Assembly: GCA_951406725.2 (NCBI GenBank)
Contig: OX597817.1
Span: forward strand, 8,370,001-8,434,000
DNA: 64,000 bases
Origin: Octopus vulgaris
Lineage: Eukaryota
Direction: 5' to 3'
Program-made: the position numbers and the translations under genes
Shown here: one piece after another, positions 1 through 14,087 of the stretch
Position numbering within the stretch: the stretch's first letter is position 1
Layout of the letters: every line of letters begins with the position of its first letter
Notes under the pieces: generated by a model
What the model was told of the DNA's origin: nothing
Database searches by the model: none
What the model saw: only the letters and a program-made list of their open reading frames with translations

Positions 1-143
1 GATACTTCTTTTTTATCGAGCCCGAAAGGATGAAAAGTAAAGTCATCCTCGGCAGAATTTGAACTCGAAAAATGTAAAGACGGACGAATTGCCGCTAAGC
101 ATTTTGCCCGTAGCGGTAACGATTCAGCCAGATCGCCGCCTTC
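1..143 (-). mobile_element. SINE family A (tRNA-derived), 5' part, cut by the window edge
   Basis: Reverse complement has the head AGGCGGCGA..TGG, B-box GAGTTCAAATTC and the CTTTCATCCTTTCGGG..CGATAAA domain shared with the other copies. Confidence 0.85.
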
Positions 144-1030
144 CTGACACATAAAATATTAAGCAGAAATATTTGTTTAATATTTTCCTCTCTATTAGGA
201 CAATGGTTTGGCAGTCTAAATGTCTTACGGTATTTGGTTATGTCCCTTTAGAGCCTGCGATTAAATACCACCAAGGTCGACTCTACTTTTTACTCTTCAA
301 AGGTCGATAAATTAAATGTTAGGCTTGTGTAGTTTATGCTAATCGAACGTATCTATCTCTGCCTTGAAAAAGTGTTATCTTATGTCATTGTAAACAAAAT
401 CAATATTTTATTATATTAAATAATTTATCCAATAAATTTGACTTTCAGTCATGTTGTGAAGATGCAGCTTCTCCACAGAGTTATCTAAACCATTCTAGCC
501 CGCCCCCGCAATTCACTCTATTTCTCATGTGTGTCATTGCATTGCTGTGAAGTGAGAATATAAAACATGTTTTAATAACTTTTAACGTTGAACGAAAGTT
601 TATCAAATATCATTCTATATTTTCAGTGACATCTGGTTTTCACTGCATTTCCTCATTTTGGGGATTCGTGCCAGCGGTTTAACCTTTTGTTTATTGTCTT
701 CATACGAACTAGGCTACTAGACTCTGGCGCCATCTGCCTCCCACTTACGTTTATATAAGACTGTAATTCTGGTACACAGAATCCCTTATTGTTTCAGGCA
801 AATTCCAGCCATGTGATGGAGCAACAAAAATGTAAAATATTATGCTATTCAATGCCAATATTAAGTGAGAATGTAAAGATTGCATCGCGAAAAGGAACTT
901 CTCACGTAGACACATGTTTATCCATTTATGACAGAGGGTGTATTTAGTGGTAGAAAATCACTTCTGAATATTCAATTATTTTACGATTCTTTTACGGTTT
1001 CATCAACAAGCAATTATATAATGTTGCATT

Positions 1031-1628
<598 letters not shown>

Positions 1629-1664
1629 GTTACCTATCTAGCTATCTGTATGTCTGTCTGCCTA

Positions 1665-1744
<80 letters not shown>

Positions 1745-2073
1745 CCAAGCTAGCTAGCTATTTGTATGTCTGCCTGTCTACCTGTCTGTCTTTGGGTTTA
1801 TGTATACGTATGTCTGTGAGGATGTTTTATAATTTATTCAATGTTAAGTGACTCTTCCAGGGTTAGTTCTGTTGCATTTTTGGAGAGTCTGAGGAACTTT
1901 CCAGTTACGTAACTCTACTATTGTAATAGTCATCATCAAATAGATTAATATATACACCAATTGATGTATTGACTACTGCCGTTTCTAACGGAGTCATCAT
2001 ACACATACATACATACATACATGCACATATAAGTATATACGAAATTATATAGAGATGTTTATATATATATATA

Positions 2074-2494
2074 CTCTTTCTCTTTTACTCTTTTACTCTT
2101 TTACTTGTTTCAGTCATTTTGACTACGGCCATGCTGGAGCACCGCCTTTAATCGAGCAATTCGACCCCGGGACTTATTCTTTTGTAAGCCCAGTACTTAT
2201 TCTATCGGTCTCTTTTACCGAACCGCTAAGTGACGGGGACGTAAACACACCAGCATCGGTTGTCAAGCAATGCTAGAGGGACAAACACAGACACACAAAC
2301 ACACACACGCATACATATATACATATATACGACAGGCTTCTTTCAGTTTCCGTCTACCAAATCCACTCACAAGGCTTTGGTCGGCCCGAGGCTATAGCAG
2401 AAGACACTTGCCCAAGGTGCCACACAGTGGGACTGAACATGGAACCATGTGGTTGGTAAACAAGCTACCTACCACACAGCCACTCCTGCGACCT
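2074..2494 (-). mobile_element. SINE family B, full length (tRNA head, CORE-like CCTTGGGCAAG, (GTAAAAGA)n tail)
   Basis: Reverse complement matches the copies at 30453 and 34799 along the whole length. Confidence 0.9.
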
Positions 2495-2999
2495 ATGCAT
2501 AAATATATTGTATGTAACTGTGTACGTATCTGTATGCATATGTATATGTATACATATGTACATACATACACATACATACATACATACACTAAGCAAAGTC
2601 GCTCACGTGTGCTACTGATTATGTGTAGCTACAGACCGCCCTTCTCCACTCGACACAAGAGCTTGCTTGATGAGGAAGGTTATTAGAAATCCAGCAGAAC
2701 AAAAAGTAACAACGTCTGTCTAAATAACGTATAAGCGCAACGTGGGGGTCAACGACCAGTTAGCAATTGCGCAGGAACACAGAAATACTCATCATACTGA
2801 ATAAGCGCACTGCAAAACTGTTCCTGTTACATCTCTCTAGGAGAAGGATACTCTGATATACAGCTTGAGGATCGCTTAACTCCAACCTTTTAGCTACTCT
2901 ACTTCAACATTCAGGAAGTTATGCGATCAAACCATTCCCACAAACACCAATACTTCAACTCCTTAGGAGTACATTCAAGACAAACCATTTCCAGTAACC

Positions 3000-3230
3000 T
3001 ATTTCTTTATTACCCACAAGGGGCTAAACACAGAGGGGACAAACAAGGACAGACATAGGTATTAAGTCGATTACATCGACCCCAGTGCGTAACTGGTACT
3101 TAATTTATCGACCCCGAAAGGATGAAAGGCAAAGTCGACCTCGGCGGAATTTGAACTCACAACGTAACGCAGACGAAATACCGCTAAGCATTTCGCCCGG
3201 CGTGCTAATGTTTTTGCCAGCTCGCCGCCT
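3000..3230 (-). mobile_element. SINE family A monomer with 13-bp TSD
   Basis: ATTTCCAGTAACC flanks both sides (2987-2999, 3231-3243); A- and B-box-like motifs present. Confidence 0.92.
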
Positions 3231-3634
3231 ATTTCCAGTAACCATTTCCAGTAACCATTATACGTACATGCGAGTGTAAGAGGATTGGAATTATGACGAG
3301 GAGCCCTTATCTAACCTATATAGCGTCTTCTCACCCTTGTGTGGGTTTCATTTAATGATTCTTAAAATACATAGTTCGTTAAACTATGCGTTATAACACC
3401 ATTATCATTTCACTATTTTGTGTAATTTAACCATTTTTCACATTCCTTAATATATATGCAACTTGTTTTGTATAACTTTGCTGCACATCCCAACACGTGT
3501 CTTTGTAACTGCTTTGTATGTATGAATAGTCTCTGATTAATTGTATGCATACATTTGCTTTGATGTTAAATATGTTTGAATAGGCCCTGATGTTAAATAA
3601 ATGAAATAATAATAATTATTATTATTATTATTCT

Positions 3635-3850
3635 AGCGGGCAGAATCGTCAGCGCGCCAAGCGAAAGGCTTAGCGACATTTTGCTCGTCTTTACCTTTCG
3701 AATTCAAATTCCGCCGAGGTCGACTTTGCCTTTCATCCTTTCGGAGTCGATAAATTAAGTACCAGTTACGCACTTGGGTCGATGTAATCGACTTGATCCG
3801 TTTGTCTGTCCTTGTTTATCCCCTCTGTGTTTGTCCCCTTGTGGGTAGTA
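3635..3850 (+). mobile_element. SINE family A monomer
   Basis: GCAGAATCGTCAGC...TTCAAATTCCGCCGAGGTCGACTTTGCCTTTCATCC...CCCCTTGTGGGTAGTA. Confidence 0.88.
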
Positions 3851-4299
3851 TTTTACCATCTACTCGCGCATCTCTAGGTATGGCAATATTTAGGATCTAG
3901 GTCTCCTTCATCATTTTCTCAACTACGACGTCTTTTCTCCGAATATCAGTCAGAGTTTCACTGAATTGTAAAATCTCACAACATTGTATTATTCTTGTCA
4001 ACCCTTTCTGATTTATGCCCGTACCATTTCAAAGACATTTCAAGACCGTAATTCTCACTCAATCTCCAAAGAACACTGCGAGCCGGCCAGCAAGAGAAGG
4101 TGAGAGGTAATTCAAGCAACCAAAATAGGTTTCCTACGTAGAATATTCCTTTTGCTGTCTTTCATCTTAGCACTTTGGCGGTTGGTAAAAATAACAAGGA
4201 CGTGCAGCAAAGCGACTACTAAACGCAACGCTTTCGCTTGAGCAGAATCGCAGGATGGCTAGAACTAAAAAAATTTAGATAAACAGAAATCTAGTTCAG

Positions 4300-4830
4300 A
4301 TAAAAGAGAGAAAGGTCGTCTTAACTGGGGCCTTGTAAGAATTACAAAGAGCGGAGAGAGATAAGGTGATTCACAGATTCCTAAATATTAAAAGTCGCCG
4401 CATAGGAAGGCCATCGAATGCTCGGGTTGAGTAACAAAGGAGATGTTATGGCAGAAAGACCTCGTCATTCGTGGCAGGTATTTTGGGTCCAGCATAGTAC
4501 AATATCTCTTTGAGGAAAAAGAGAGGAACACCTTCATAATCCAGTCAAGAGCAAGGAATTTCTCTTCAATCCGGCTTATATAGGCTGGCGAGTTGTGAAG
4601 GTGAGAGTGGTGAAAATACCAGCAACAGGAAGTCTCAGCACAACAAGAACAAGACCCACAAGGAAAATTTAGAAAACGGTCTTTCAACAGTGCCTCTCCC
4701 AGCCCATGAGAAAAACCTACTAGACGTTTCAGTCAAAAGAAAAAATAGACAACGATGAAGGGACCTTTCCCTGTTGACAGCTGAAAAGCTGTACGAAGCA
4801 GCTTCAGCCCACACCTCTATCATAAATGCA
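4300..4830 (-). pseudogene. Possible highly decayed LINE AP-endonuclease fragment
   Basis: Minus-strand translations give LTET and ..FLCGDF(N) motifs in the order expected for APE domains; frameshifted and weak. Confidence 0.3.
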
Positions 4831-5645
4831 CCATGTAAACAACAGCATCCATTTTATACATCAAGCATCCCTCATCAACTTCACTTCTGTAAATAGAAAC
4901 AACATTGAATTGATGAATTTCACAAAAAGCAACTGAGAAAATAATATGAAAGGGAGAGGACTTCGGAAATCTGCTTCCTAAGGGACCCCCAAATAAACTT
5001 CTAAGAACAACAATAGCGGTGAGGAGGGATATATCAGAGAAAAGTGGACAAAAGTCTTTTGAAGAGAGCCGTTTAAGAAATTCCTTACCGCCATAACCTA
5101 CTCTTCTCCGAAATCGAGGTTAAGTGATCTTTACCGCTTTGTTCGACCAACATGACCATATACGGGGTATGTAAATATACTTGGTCCGGGGTCGTATTGC
5201 TCAGTGACTGGATATAACAGTAGTTGCTGCCGGTGAGACCAGCGTTTCCAAAACGCATGCGTCGATGTACAATCTCTCTTATGAAGCCTGAACTGAGAAG
5301 CAGGGTGGAACTTTTCTTTCGGTAAAGCTTAGATTTTGAGCACGAGCAATCCTTTAGGATCTGGAGAATTTCTAAATTGTGAAGTTTTGTCGAACAAGTA
5401 TTGTGAAGTGTAGGACGGATTCGATTATCGGCCGATCCTGTGGTAAAGGTCGTCCGCTGCCTTCCTTTTGTTGGGAAGAGTAGGTAGTTATCTTATGTTT
5501 GATGGCTATGGCGAAAGAGACTGTGTGGTGAATACGACTCAATGAACAAAAGTCGGGCACTTTACTCTTCAGTTAAGCGCACAACTTAGAAAGGAAGGTG
5601 CGAGTGGAGAGGAAGATACTACACCCGGTAGATTTGTTGAAAGGT

Positions 5646-5697
<52 letters not shown>

Positions 5698-6999
5698 CAA
5701 ACAGGGCTCAAGAGAAAGGGGTCCGACTCTAACAATACTCTTGCAGGTCGGGGAACTTCTGCAGGGAGAAGACTCACCCTTGTTGGTCAGAGTAACACAA
5801 GATTTTGGGGTTCATTCATTAGCTCTAGATAGCTCTGCCTCCATTGGGGACATTGCATTTTTTGTGTTATCTCTTATTATTGTTATTTTCTAATTTACTC
5901 CGTTTTTATGTAATCTGCCACTGTATTGTTTCCTATCCTATTTATTGACCCTATTGTCTTCAAGGTCGTGTATTTCCGTAGCCCAGCAGTATGGTGGGCT
6001 TAATCTACCACTCGTTTAAAACTCAACACCCAGTCCATAATTGCCTTTACTGGAGTTCAACTCAGTTGCAAGCGCTCAAACGAGGTCTCCAATTTGGGAA
6101 TGTCTTTCTTCTTTGCTCCTACCGGAAGGGAGCATCTTGAAAATATATAATGAATTAATAAAAGGAGCATCGTTGATGCCTTTTTCTTCGGACAAAATTG
6201 TGAAAAAACATGCATTTGATAGAAAGCTTTTATTTGAAATAAAAGCTTTTAGCTGTTGCTTTTGTTGTTGGTTAGCTCCATATAAGCCTCGGCTAAACAT
6301 AACTACAATCAAGGATGCTTCGATCATGATCACTTCACTCCACCTTTTATTTTTTTTACCAAACAGAAAGTGCAAAAGACTTTATTTAATGAGTATATTC
6401 GTTGTTGTTATTGTTGTTGACTATCTCAGGGTCAAGTCTAACACCCCAAAACTGAGATTAACAGCGTCCAAGCCGTGACTATCGCTTAGTTTTTGAAGTA
6501 CCTCCGACTACATTATCTAATGTGGTGGCTTTCAAACAATGCACTTCACAGAGTATTTAGATATAACTCATGTTATTAGAAAAGTCCATATTGGTATTTT
6601 AGCGATTTCAAAACTGTGTTATTCATAATCTGTTTACACACAAATACGATAAATTAAATAAAATAAACATTGATTTTCTATATCTTGTTTTCCAAATGTT
6701 TAAATCTAGAACAGTATTTAAAAAACAACAACTATACATGCAAAGTATGTCAGTAACATGTTTGATTTCCAGTGAGAACACACTCAAAAAGACTTGCTCT
6801 AAGGAGTCCATCCCTTTTCAAAACTTATAAGGCTCGTCACGACTTAAGTGAAATTTGGACGCTACTTCTAGTAGGTTGGGCTACTAGAGGCTTCCTCGGG
6901 ATTGTTGAAGGTCATATAGCAGGTGATTTTACTGCGTATGTAGATATTTAGAGATATCTATAGAATAAAGTAATGATGTATTGCGGTAGTTTTAACTGT

Positions 7000-7388
7000 G
7001 TGGAGGCACAATGGCCCAGTGGTTAGGGCAGCGGACTCGCGGTCATAGGATCGCGGTTTCGATTCCCAGACCGGCGTTGTGAGTGTTTATTGAGCAAAAA
7101 CACCTAAAGCTCCACGAGGCTCCGGCAGGGGATGGTGGTGATCCCTGCTGTACTCTTTCACCACAACTTTCTCTCACTCTTACTTCCTGTTTCTGTTGTA
7201 CCTGTATTTCAAAGGGCCGGCCTTGTCACTCTCTGTGTCACGCTGAATATCCCCGAGAACTACGTTAAGGGTGCACGTGTCTGTGGAGTGCTCAGCCACT
7301 TACACGTTAATTTCACGAGCAGGCTGTTCCGTTGATTCGGTTCAACCGGAACCCTCGTCGTCGTAACCGACGGAGTGCTAAAAGAAAG
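7000..7388 (+). mobile_element. SINE family C, full length with 12-bp TSD
   Basis: tRNA-like head TGGCCCAGTGGTTAGG...GGTTTCGATTCCC; TSD AGTTTTAACTGT at 6988-6999 and 7389-7400. Confidence 0.92.
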
Positions 7389-7740
7389 AGTTTTAACTGT
7401 CGAGTAAATGGAGAAAATGTTGGCATTCATAAGCCACATGGAATGATGAAGGAAAGCGTTCGCTGTTTGTTCTGCTTTCTCAGTAATTGTTTTCCATTGA
7501 AGCTGCTAATCCCTGAAACCTGAGCTGCTCAACGGAATTGATCACACTTCAATCAGTGTGTTTGTGTGTGTGTGATTGGTGTGTGTGTGTGTGTATGCGT
7601 GCGTGTGCATGTGGGTGTGTGATTGGTGTGTGCGTGTGCGCGTGTGTATGTGCGTGTGTGTGTATACACACATAACATTTTTATTTATTTATATAGACTG
7701 GAGATTTAGTGGGTACTCGAGGTTTGCGATTATGCAGCCA

Positions 7741-7787
<47 letters not shown>

Positions 7788-8108
7788 GACTCCGCCGGTT
7801 ACGACGACGAGGGTCCCAGCTGATACGATCAACGGAACAGCTTGCTCGTGAAATTAACGTGCAAATGGCTGAGCATTCCACAGACACGTGTACCCTTAAC
7901 GTAGTTCTCGGGGATAATCAGCGTGACACAGAGAGTGACAAGGCTGACCCTTTGAAATACAAGTACAACTCATTTTTGCCAGCTGAGTGGACTGGAGCAA
8001 CGTGAAATAAAGTGTCTTGCTCAAGGACACAACGCGTCGCCGGGAATCGAACTCACAACCTTACGATCATGAGCCGAATGCCCTAACCACTAAGCCACGC
8101 GCCCTCAC
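7788..8108 (-). mobile_element. SINE family D (tail 1, shared with family C)
   Basis: Head GTGAGGGCGCGTGGCTTAGTGGTTAG...GTTCGATTCCC, central GTCCTTGAGCAAGACACTT, 3' ~190 bp homologous to 7190-7378. Confidence 0.9.
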
Positions 8109-8339
8109 TATTATATATATATATATACACACACACATACACATACACATATATATATACATGCATATATTTATTTATATACATACACACATATATATAT
8201 ATATGTATATATATATATAATACAGATAGATAGATAGATAGATAGATATCAACAAACTCTGCAATTATGTATTGAGTAGTAACCATCCTTTTTCGTTTAC
8301 AAACATGCAACACACGCAGATCTCTCTCTCTCTCTCTCT

Positions 8340-8420
<81 letters not shown>

Positions 8421-8824
8421 CATTATTTTACTTAGTTCTATGAAACTAAAACTTTCGCGGACTCGTAGAAGAAACTTATCTAGTCAGGTACCTGGAGATA
8501 GAGTAATAGGATATGAAACAAAGTCAAGATGGATACTAGACGTTATTGGTCAAGTGAGACCACATGGTATTTATTATTGGTCTGGAAATGGCATCAATTA
8601 ATTTCTTTGATCTTAGTTCCACGTGAACGGACAGGTTGCAGGTTGCAGGTAGCCGCTATGTTTCTAAGAGGCAGTACGAGGCTGAAACTTCGAAGTCACG
8701 ATCCTCTTTCTCCTTGTAACTCGGAAGGTTAGGGCTCTAACCACGCTTTTCGCGAAACCCCCGTATATACATACATACATATACATACATATATATATAT
8801 ACATACATACATACATACATACAT

Positions 8825-8860
<36 letters not shown>

Positions 8861-9198
8861 CCAATTCATAATATATGTACACACACACACACAAAAAAAA
8901 ACACACACTAACTCACGCACAAAAGGTCCCCCCCCACCACCACAAGTATATATATTATGAATTACATCAAACTACAAATGAAAGACAAATTGAATAAGTA
9001 GGTTGGGAACATGAAATTTGAAACCTGATACGTAAGCTGAAACAAGAATTTACAGCTGCGACTGTGAAACTGAAATATAAGTTGATATTATATAAACAGT
9101 GTATGTTTAGTCGACTGTTTGTTTATTTTATTTTTACACCCTGTATCGATCTTTCGTAATGGCAACTTGTACAGCATGATCAAAATTAAAAATATGTC

Positions 9199-9776
9199 CT
9201 TTTCTACTCTAGGCACAAGGCCCGAAAATTTTGGGGAGGCAGCCAGTCGATTATATCACCCCCAGTACGCAACTGGTACTTAATTTATCGACCAGGAAAG
9301 GATGAAAGTCAAAGTCAATCTCGGCGGAATTTGAACTCAGAGCCCAAAGACAGACGAAATACCTATTTCTTTACTACCCACAACGGGTTAAACACAGAGG
9401 GGACAAACAAGGAGAGACAAACGGATTAAGTCGATTACATCGACCCCTGTGCGTAACTGGTACTTATTTAATCGACCCCAAAAGGATGAAAGGCAAAGTC
9501 GACCCCGTCGGAATTTGAACTCAGAACGTAGCGGCAGACGAAATGTCTATTTCTATTTCTTTACTACCCACATGTGGTTAAATACAGAGAGGACAGACAA
9601 ACGGATTAAGTCGATTTGATCAATCCCAGTGCGCAACTGGTACTTAATTTATCGACCCCGAAAGGATGAAAGGCAAAGTCGAACTCGGCGGAATTTGAAC
9701 TCACAACGTAACGGCAGACGAAATACAGATACGCATTTCGCCCGGCGTGCTAACGTTTCTGCCAGCTCGCCGCCTT
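9199..9776 (-). mobile_element. SINE family A trimer with 16-bp TSD
   Basis: One head plus three body units; AAATTAAAAATATGTC at 9183-9198 and 9777-9792. Confidence 0.92.
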
Positions 9777-10189
9777 AAATTAAAAATATGTCACCAGATG
9801 GATGTGTGAAAAACTCAGTGGGAAGGTTAAGCAGAGTACTTATCAGAAGTCCCACTGAAAATATACGTGAAATATAAGAGCTATTGAAAAGAACTAAGTG
9901 TTCGGAATCACGTGATATGGGTGTATTTGCAAATTCATTTGCGCCTTTTTCCCGTTGGCTTTTTGCTCGCACCTCAATTTCGTCAGCGTGTTGAACTTTC
10001 GGTGATATCGTGGCTTATTTGAGTATTTTTTGACTCTTATTTCTAGCAACGCTGGTACTATCTTGTACCCTTAATTATAAATTTATAAATTTACCATTTT
10101 GGTTTTTATGCGTGATATTTATTAATAATGTCTTTATTTATGTATCTATCAATCTCTCTACTGCATATATATATATATATATATATATA

Positions 10190-10302
10190 TACGACGGGCT
10201 TCCTTCAGTTTCCGTCTACCAAATCCACTCACAGAGCTTTGATCGATAGAAGACACTTGCCCAAGGTGCCGTGCAGTGGGACTGCACTCGGAACTATGTG
10301 GT
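10190..10302 (-). mobile_element. SINE family B fragment
   Basis: CAGTTTCCGTCTACCAAATCCACTCAC...CTTGCCCAAGGTGCC. Confidence 0.8.
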
Positions 10303-10711
10303 TATATATGCACCCCCCCACACATATACACGCATACACGCACGCACGCACACACGCACGCACGCACGCACACACATATGTATATGAGCAAAGACGAGAA
10401 GAATAATGAGTGAAGTTCAATAACCTTTGATCTCGCAAGCGGGGCTTCATCGCAGTAACTACGGCCGGTGCACAATAATGCCGCCAAGAGAAAGGTTCCG
10501 AAACGGCGCGCGATTTCTCCTGATGACCCCATAAACCTTTTGTAGCACTTGTATCTGCAAGTTGTTTGCGAATAAGACACACGCACATACGTATGTGTGG
10601 TGTGGTGTAGTGTGCTTGCGTGTGTATGTGTGTATACATACAAATATCTGTTGATATATACACTTATCTATCTATTTGCAAACAAATGTGGTAACATATA
10701 ACAATATTGAC

Positions 10712-11087
10712 CAAGGTTACCGTGGTCTTTTTCGTAGGCTTTTCTTCCCACGGATAAACCTTACTTGCTTTCCCCTTTACACCATATATCATAACACTGT
10801 GATACACGATCCCTATTGATCGTCTTTTTTCCTCTTCCCCCTTTTTTCTTCTTTTTTCATTTCTCTTTTCTTTTGTTCCTTTTCCTTTTCTTTTTTTCTT
10901 TTTATTTTTTCTTTTTTATTAAAAAAAAATTTTTTTTTGTTCTTTTCTTCCCTTTTACGATCCCTCTTGATCGAAAACCTACGCCACCTCCCCTTTTTTG
11001 TTTTTGCTTTTTTCATCCCCCAAAAGAAAAGCTCTACCTTGTAACTTGTCCCATCTGTGTGCAGCCCTGTGTGGCCAATAAAGAAAC
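10712..11087 (+). mobile_element. LINE 3' UTR remnant (Tx1/L1-like) ending in (TATC)n
   Basis: T-rich UTR ending TGTCCCATCTGTGTGCAGCCCTGTGTGGCCAATAAAGAAA, followed by ~330 bp of (TATC)n. Confidence 0.55.
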
Positions 11088-11494
<407 letters not shown>

Positions 11495-11675
11495 TTAAGT
11501 ACCAGTTACGTACGCCGGGTCGATATAATCGACTTAGCGGTATTTCGTCTGCCGCTACGTTCTGAGTTCAAATTCCGCAGAGGTCGACTTTGCCTTTCAT
11601 TCTTTCGGGGTTGATAAATTAAGTACCAGTTACGTACTGGGGTCGATATAATCGACTTAATCCGTTTGTCTGTCA
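11495..11675 (+). mobile_element. SINE family A, rearranged partial copy
   Basis: TTAAGTACCAGTTACG occurs twice; B-box and central domain present. Confidence 0.8.
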
Positions 11676-11859
11676 TTGTTTGTATGTATGTATGTATGTA
11701 TGTATGTATGTATAGGTATGTATGTATGTATGTATGTATGTATGTATGTATGTATGTATGTATGTATGTATGTATGTATAGGTGTTTGTGCGCCTATATG
11801 TGTGTATTTGTATGTAGGTGTGTTGTCTTTGATTTTGCCTATGCCTCTTTCAGTTCCAT

Positions 11860-12165
11860 GTGAAGGAGCACAGTTTAGTGGCCCTGGTACTTGGCTCACG
11901 ATCGTAAGACTGTGCGTTCGATTCCCGGATGCACGTTGTGTTCTTGAGTAAGACACTTTATATTTTGTTGCTCCAATCCCCTCAACTGGAAAAAAATTAA
12001 CTGTACCCGTTATTCAAAGGGCCAGCTTAATCGCATTCTATGTCACGTTGAATGTCCCCGAGGACTAAAGTAAGGGTACACGTGCTTGTGAAGTCACTTG
12101 CACGTTGATGTCACGAACAGGGCTGTTCGATTGATGGGATGGACTGCAACAATCCTCATAGTACT
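11860..12165 (+). mobile_element. SINE family D (tail 1), decayed
   Basis: GTGAAGG...GTTCGATTCCC...TTCTTGAGTAAGACACTTT...TAAGGGTACACGTG. Confidence 0.75.
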
Positions 12166-12893
12166 AGGCCTTTCATTTCCATAACCTGGACATTCGATAA
12201 ACAGAGTTCAATAAAGCCAAATAGCAGACAGAAATATGTATCGGGTCGATATGATCGACTGAACACTTGCGGGTGATACTCCAGCAGGACTGCGATGCAA
12301 TGACTGGAACCAATAAAGGAATTAAAGAATAACCGCATAGATTGTTTATTAATAAGGGTTTTGCAAAAATGTGCTTAGTAATCTTTATTTTCCTCAAATT
12401 AACATTTTTTAAGACTATTTCAAAACAGCTAATCTCTTCTAATTATGTTTATATAATAAAATTTAATTGAAATTTTCGAACGTGACACCGTAGAACCATT
12501 GATTAATTAATTAATTTACTAATCTTTTTGCTTCTAAATCTGTAACAACTATATTGACACCAACTCTTAGCGTTCAATGTTTCCCAAAGCATGGGTGTCG
12601 CAAAAAAAAGAAGGAAAAAAGAAAAAAAAGAAAAAGAAAAGAACATAGAAAGCTAGAATAAATACCCCAGGGTAATTTACTTGTTGCTGTTTGTGCTGTT
12701 TCTGTTACTTTTGTTATTGTTGTTGTTGTTGCTTACAACCCTTGTCTGCCCTGTTCGGGTAGATCTATGGAATATGGTTTGTTGCTTTCTGGACGTTGTT
12801 TCATAGCAGTGAGAGAGGGAGAGAAAGAAAGAGAGAGACAGAGAGAGTGAGATAGATAGATAGATAGATAGAGAGAGAGATAGATAGATAGAT

Positions 12894-12936
<43 letters not shown>

Positions 12937-12995
12937 GATAGATAGATAGATAGATAGATAGAGAGATAGATAGATAGATAGACAGAGAGAGACAG

Positions 12996-13082
<87 letters not shown>

Positions 13083-13251
13083 CTTTGTACTTCAGGAGAG
13101 AGAATCACTTCCAATTACTTTTTCTAGTTTAAAAGTTTGAAGGTTTTTTTTTTCTCTTGATGAAAGGAAAAGAAAATGAAAAAGCCCACATATATATGAG
13201 TCTGCTATAGTGAATCCATAAACACGTATACAGCATTCAAGGGCATACGTT

Positions 13252-13334
13252 TTTCCTCTGAAGATATTATGCTCGGGTCATATAAATATAAATTTAATAT
13301 TTACTGAGTAATGATTGAAACAGCTGTAGGGAAG
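13252..13334 (+). ncRNA. Type I hammerhead ribozyme motif (long stem II, palindromic stem III)
   Basis: TTTCCT-CTGAAGA-[imperfect long hairpin]-GAAA-CAGCTG-TA-GGGAAG; predicted cut after GUA at 13328; the host segment ends in (TA)n at ~13425. Confidence 0.65.
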
Positions 13335-13420
13335 ATGATTAATTTGCTGTTAATAATAAACAATTATTAACTTCCCAATCTCCATTTTCTTTTCTTCTTT
13401 TAAATGAATATAAGGTATAC

Positions 13421-13460
<40 letters not shown>

Positions 13461-13520
13461 ATATATGATAGCTTCGAAAGTCCCGTCGTGTGTACATATA
13501 TATATTTCACGTTCTTGTCG

Positions 13521-13601
<81 letters not shown>

Positions 13602-13616
13602 TTATATATATATATG

Positions 13617-13699
<83 letters not shown>

Positions 13700-14050
13700 T
13701 TTTCCCCAACCATAACCTGACAACTAAATTTGGTGTGTTTACGTCCCTGTAACTTAGCGGTTCGGCAAAATACCTGATAGAATAACTACTAGGCTTACAA
13801 AGAATAAGTCCAAGGATCGATTTGGTAAATACTATATATCTGTTAAAATGAGATGTCAGTATAATGTTCATTTTTGCGTAATTTAGACGACAGTTTATTC
13901 CCCGCCCCCCTCTATATCTATAAATATATATATACCGACATTTAACACCACACCTACACCCACACACGCATATACATACATGTATGTAGATAATATGTAT
14001 ATATATTTATACAATTTTTATATACATATATACACTGATAATTAATACCA

Positions 14051-14084
<34 letters not shown>

Positions 14085-14087
<3 letters not shown>

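Noticed and set aside
2270-2686. Recurrent ORF RQASFSFRLPNPLTRLWSARGYSRRHLPKVP
   Set aside because: Antisense translation of SINE family B, repeated at every copy
6041-6478. 145-aa ORF in unique sequence
   Set aside because: Non-ATG start, no domain motif and no splice evidence
7000-7075. tRNA-like sequences here and at other SINE heads
   Set aside because: They continue into SINE bodies, some with TSDs, and lack a proper acceptor stem; they are not tRNA genes
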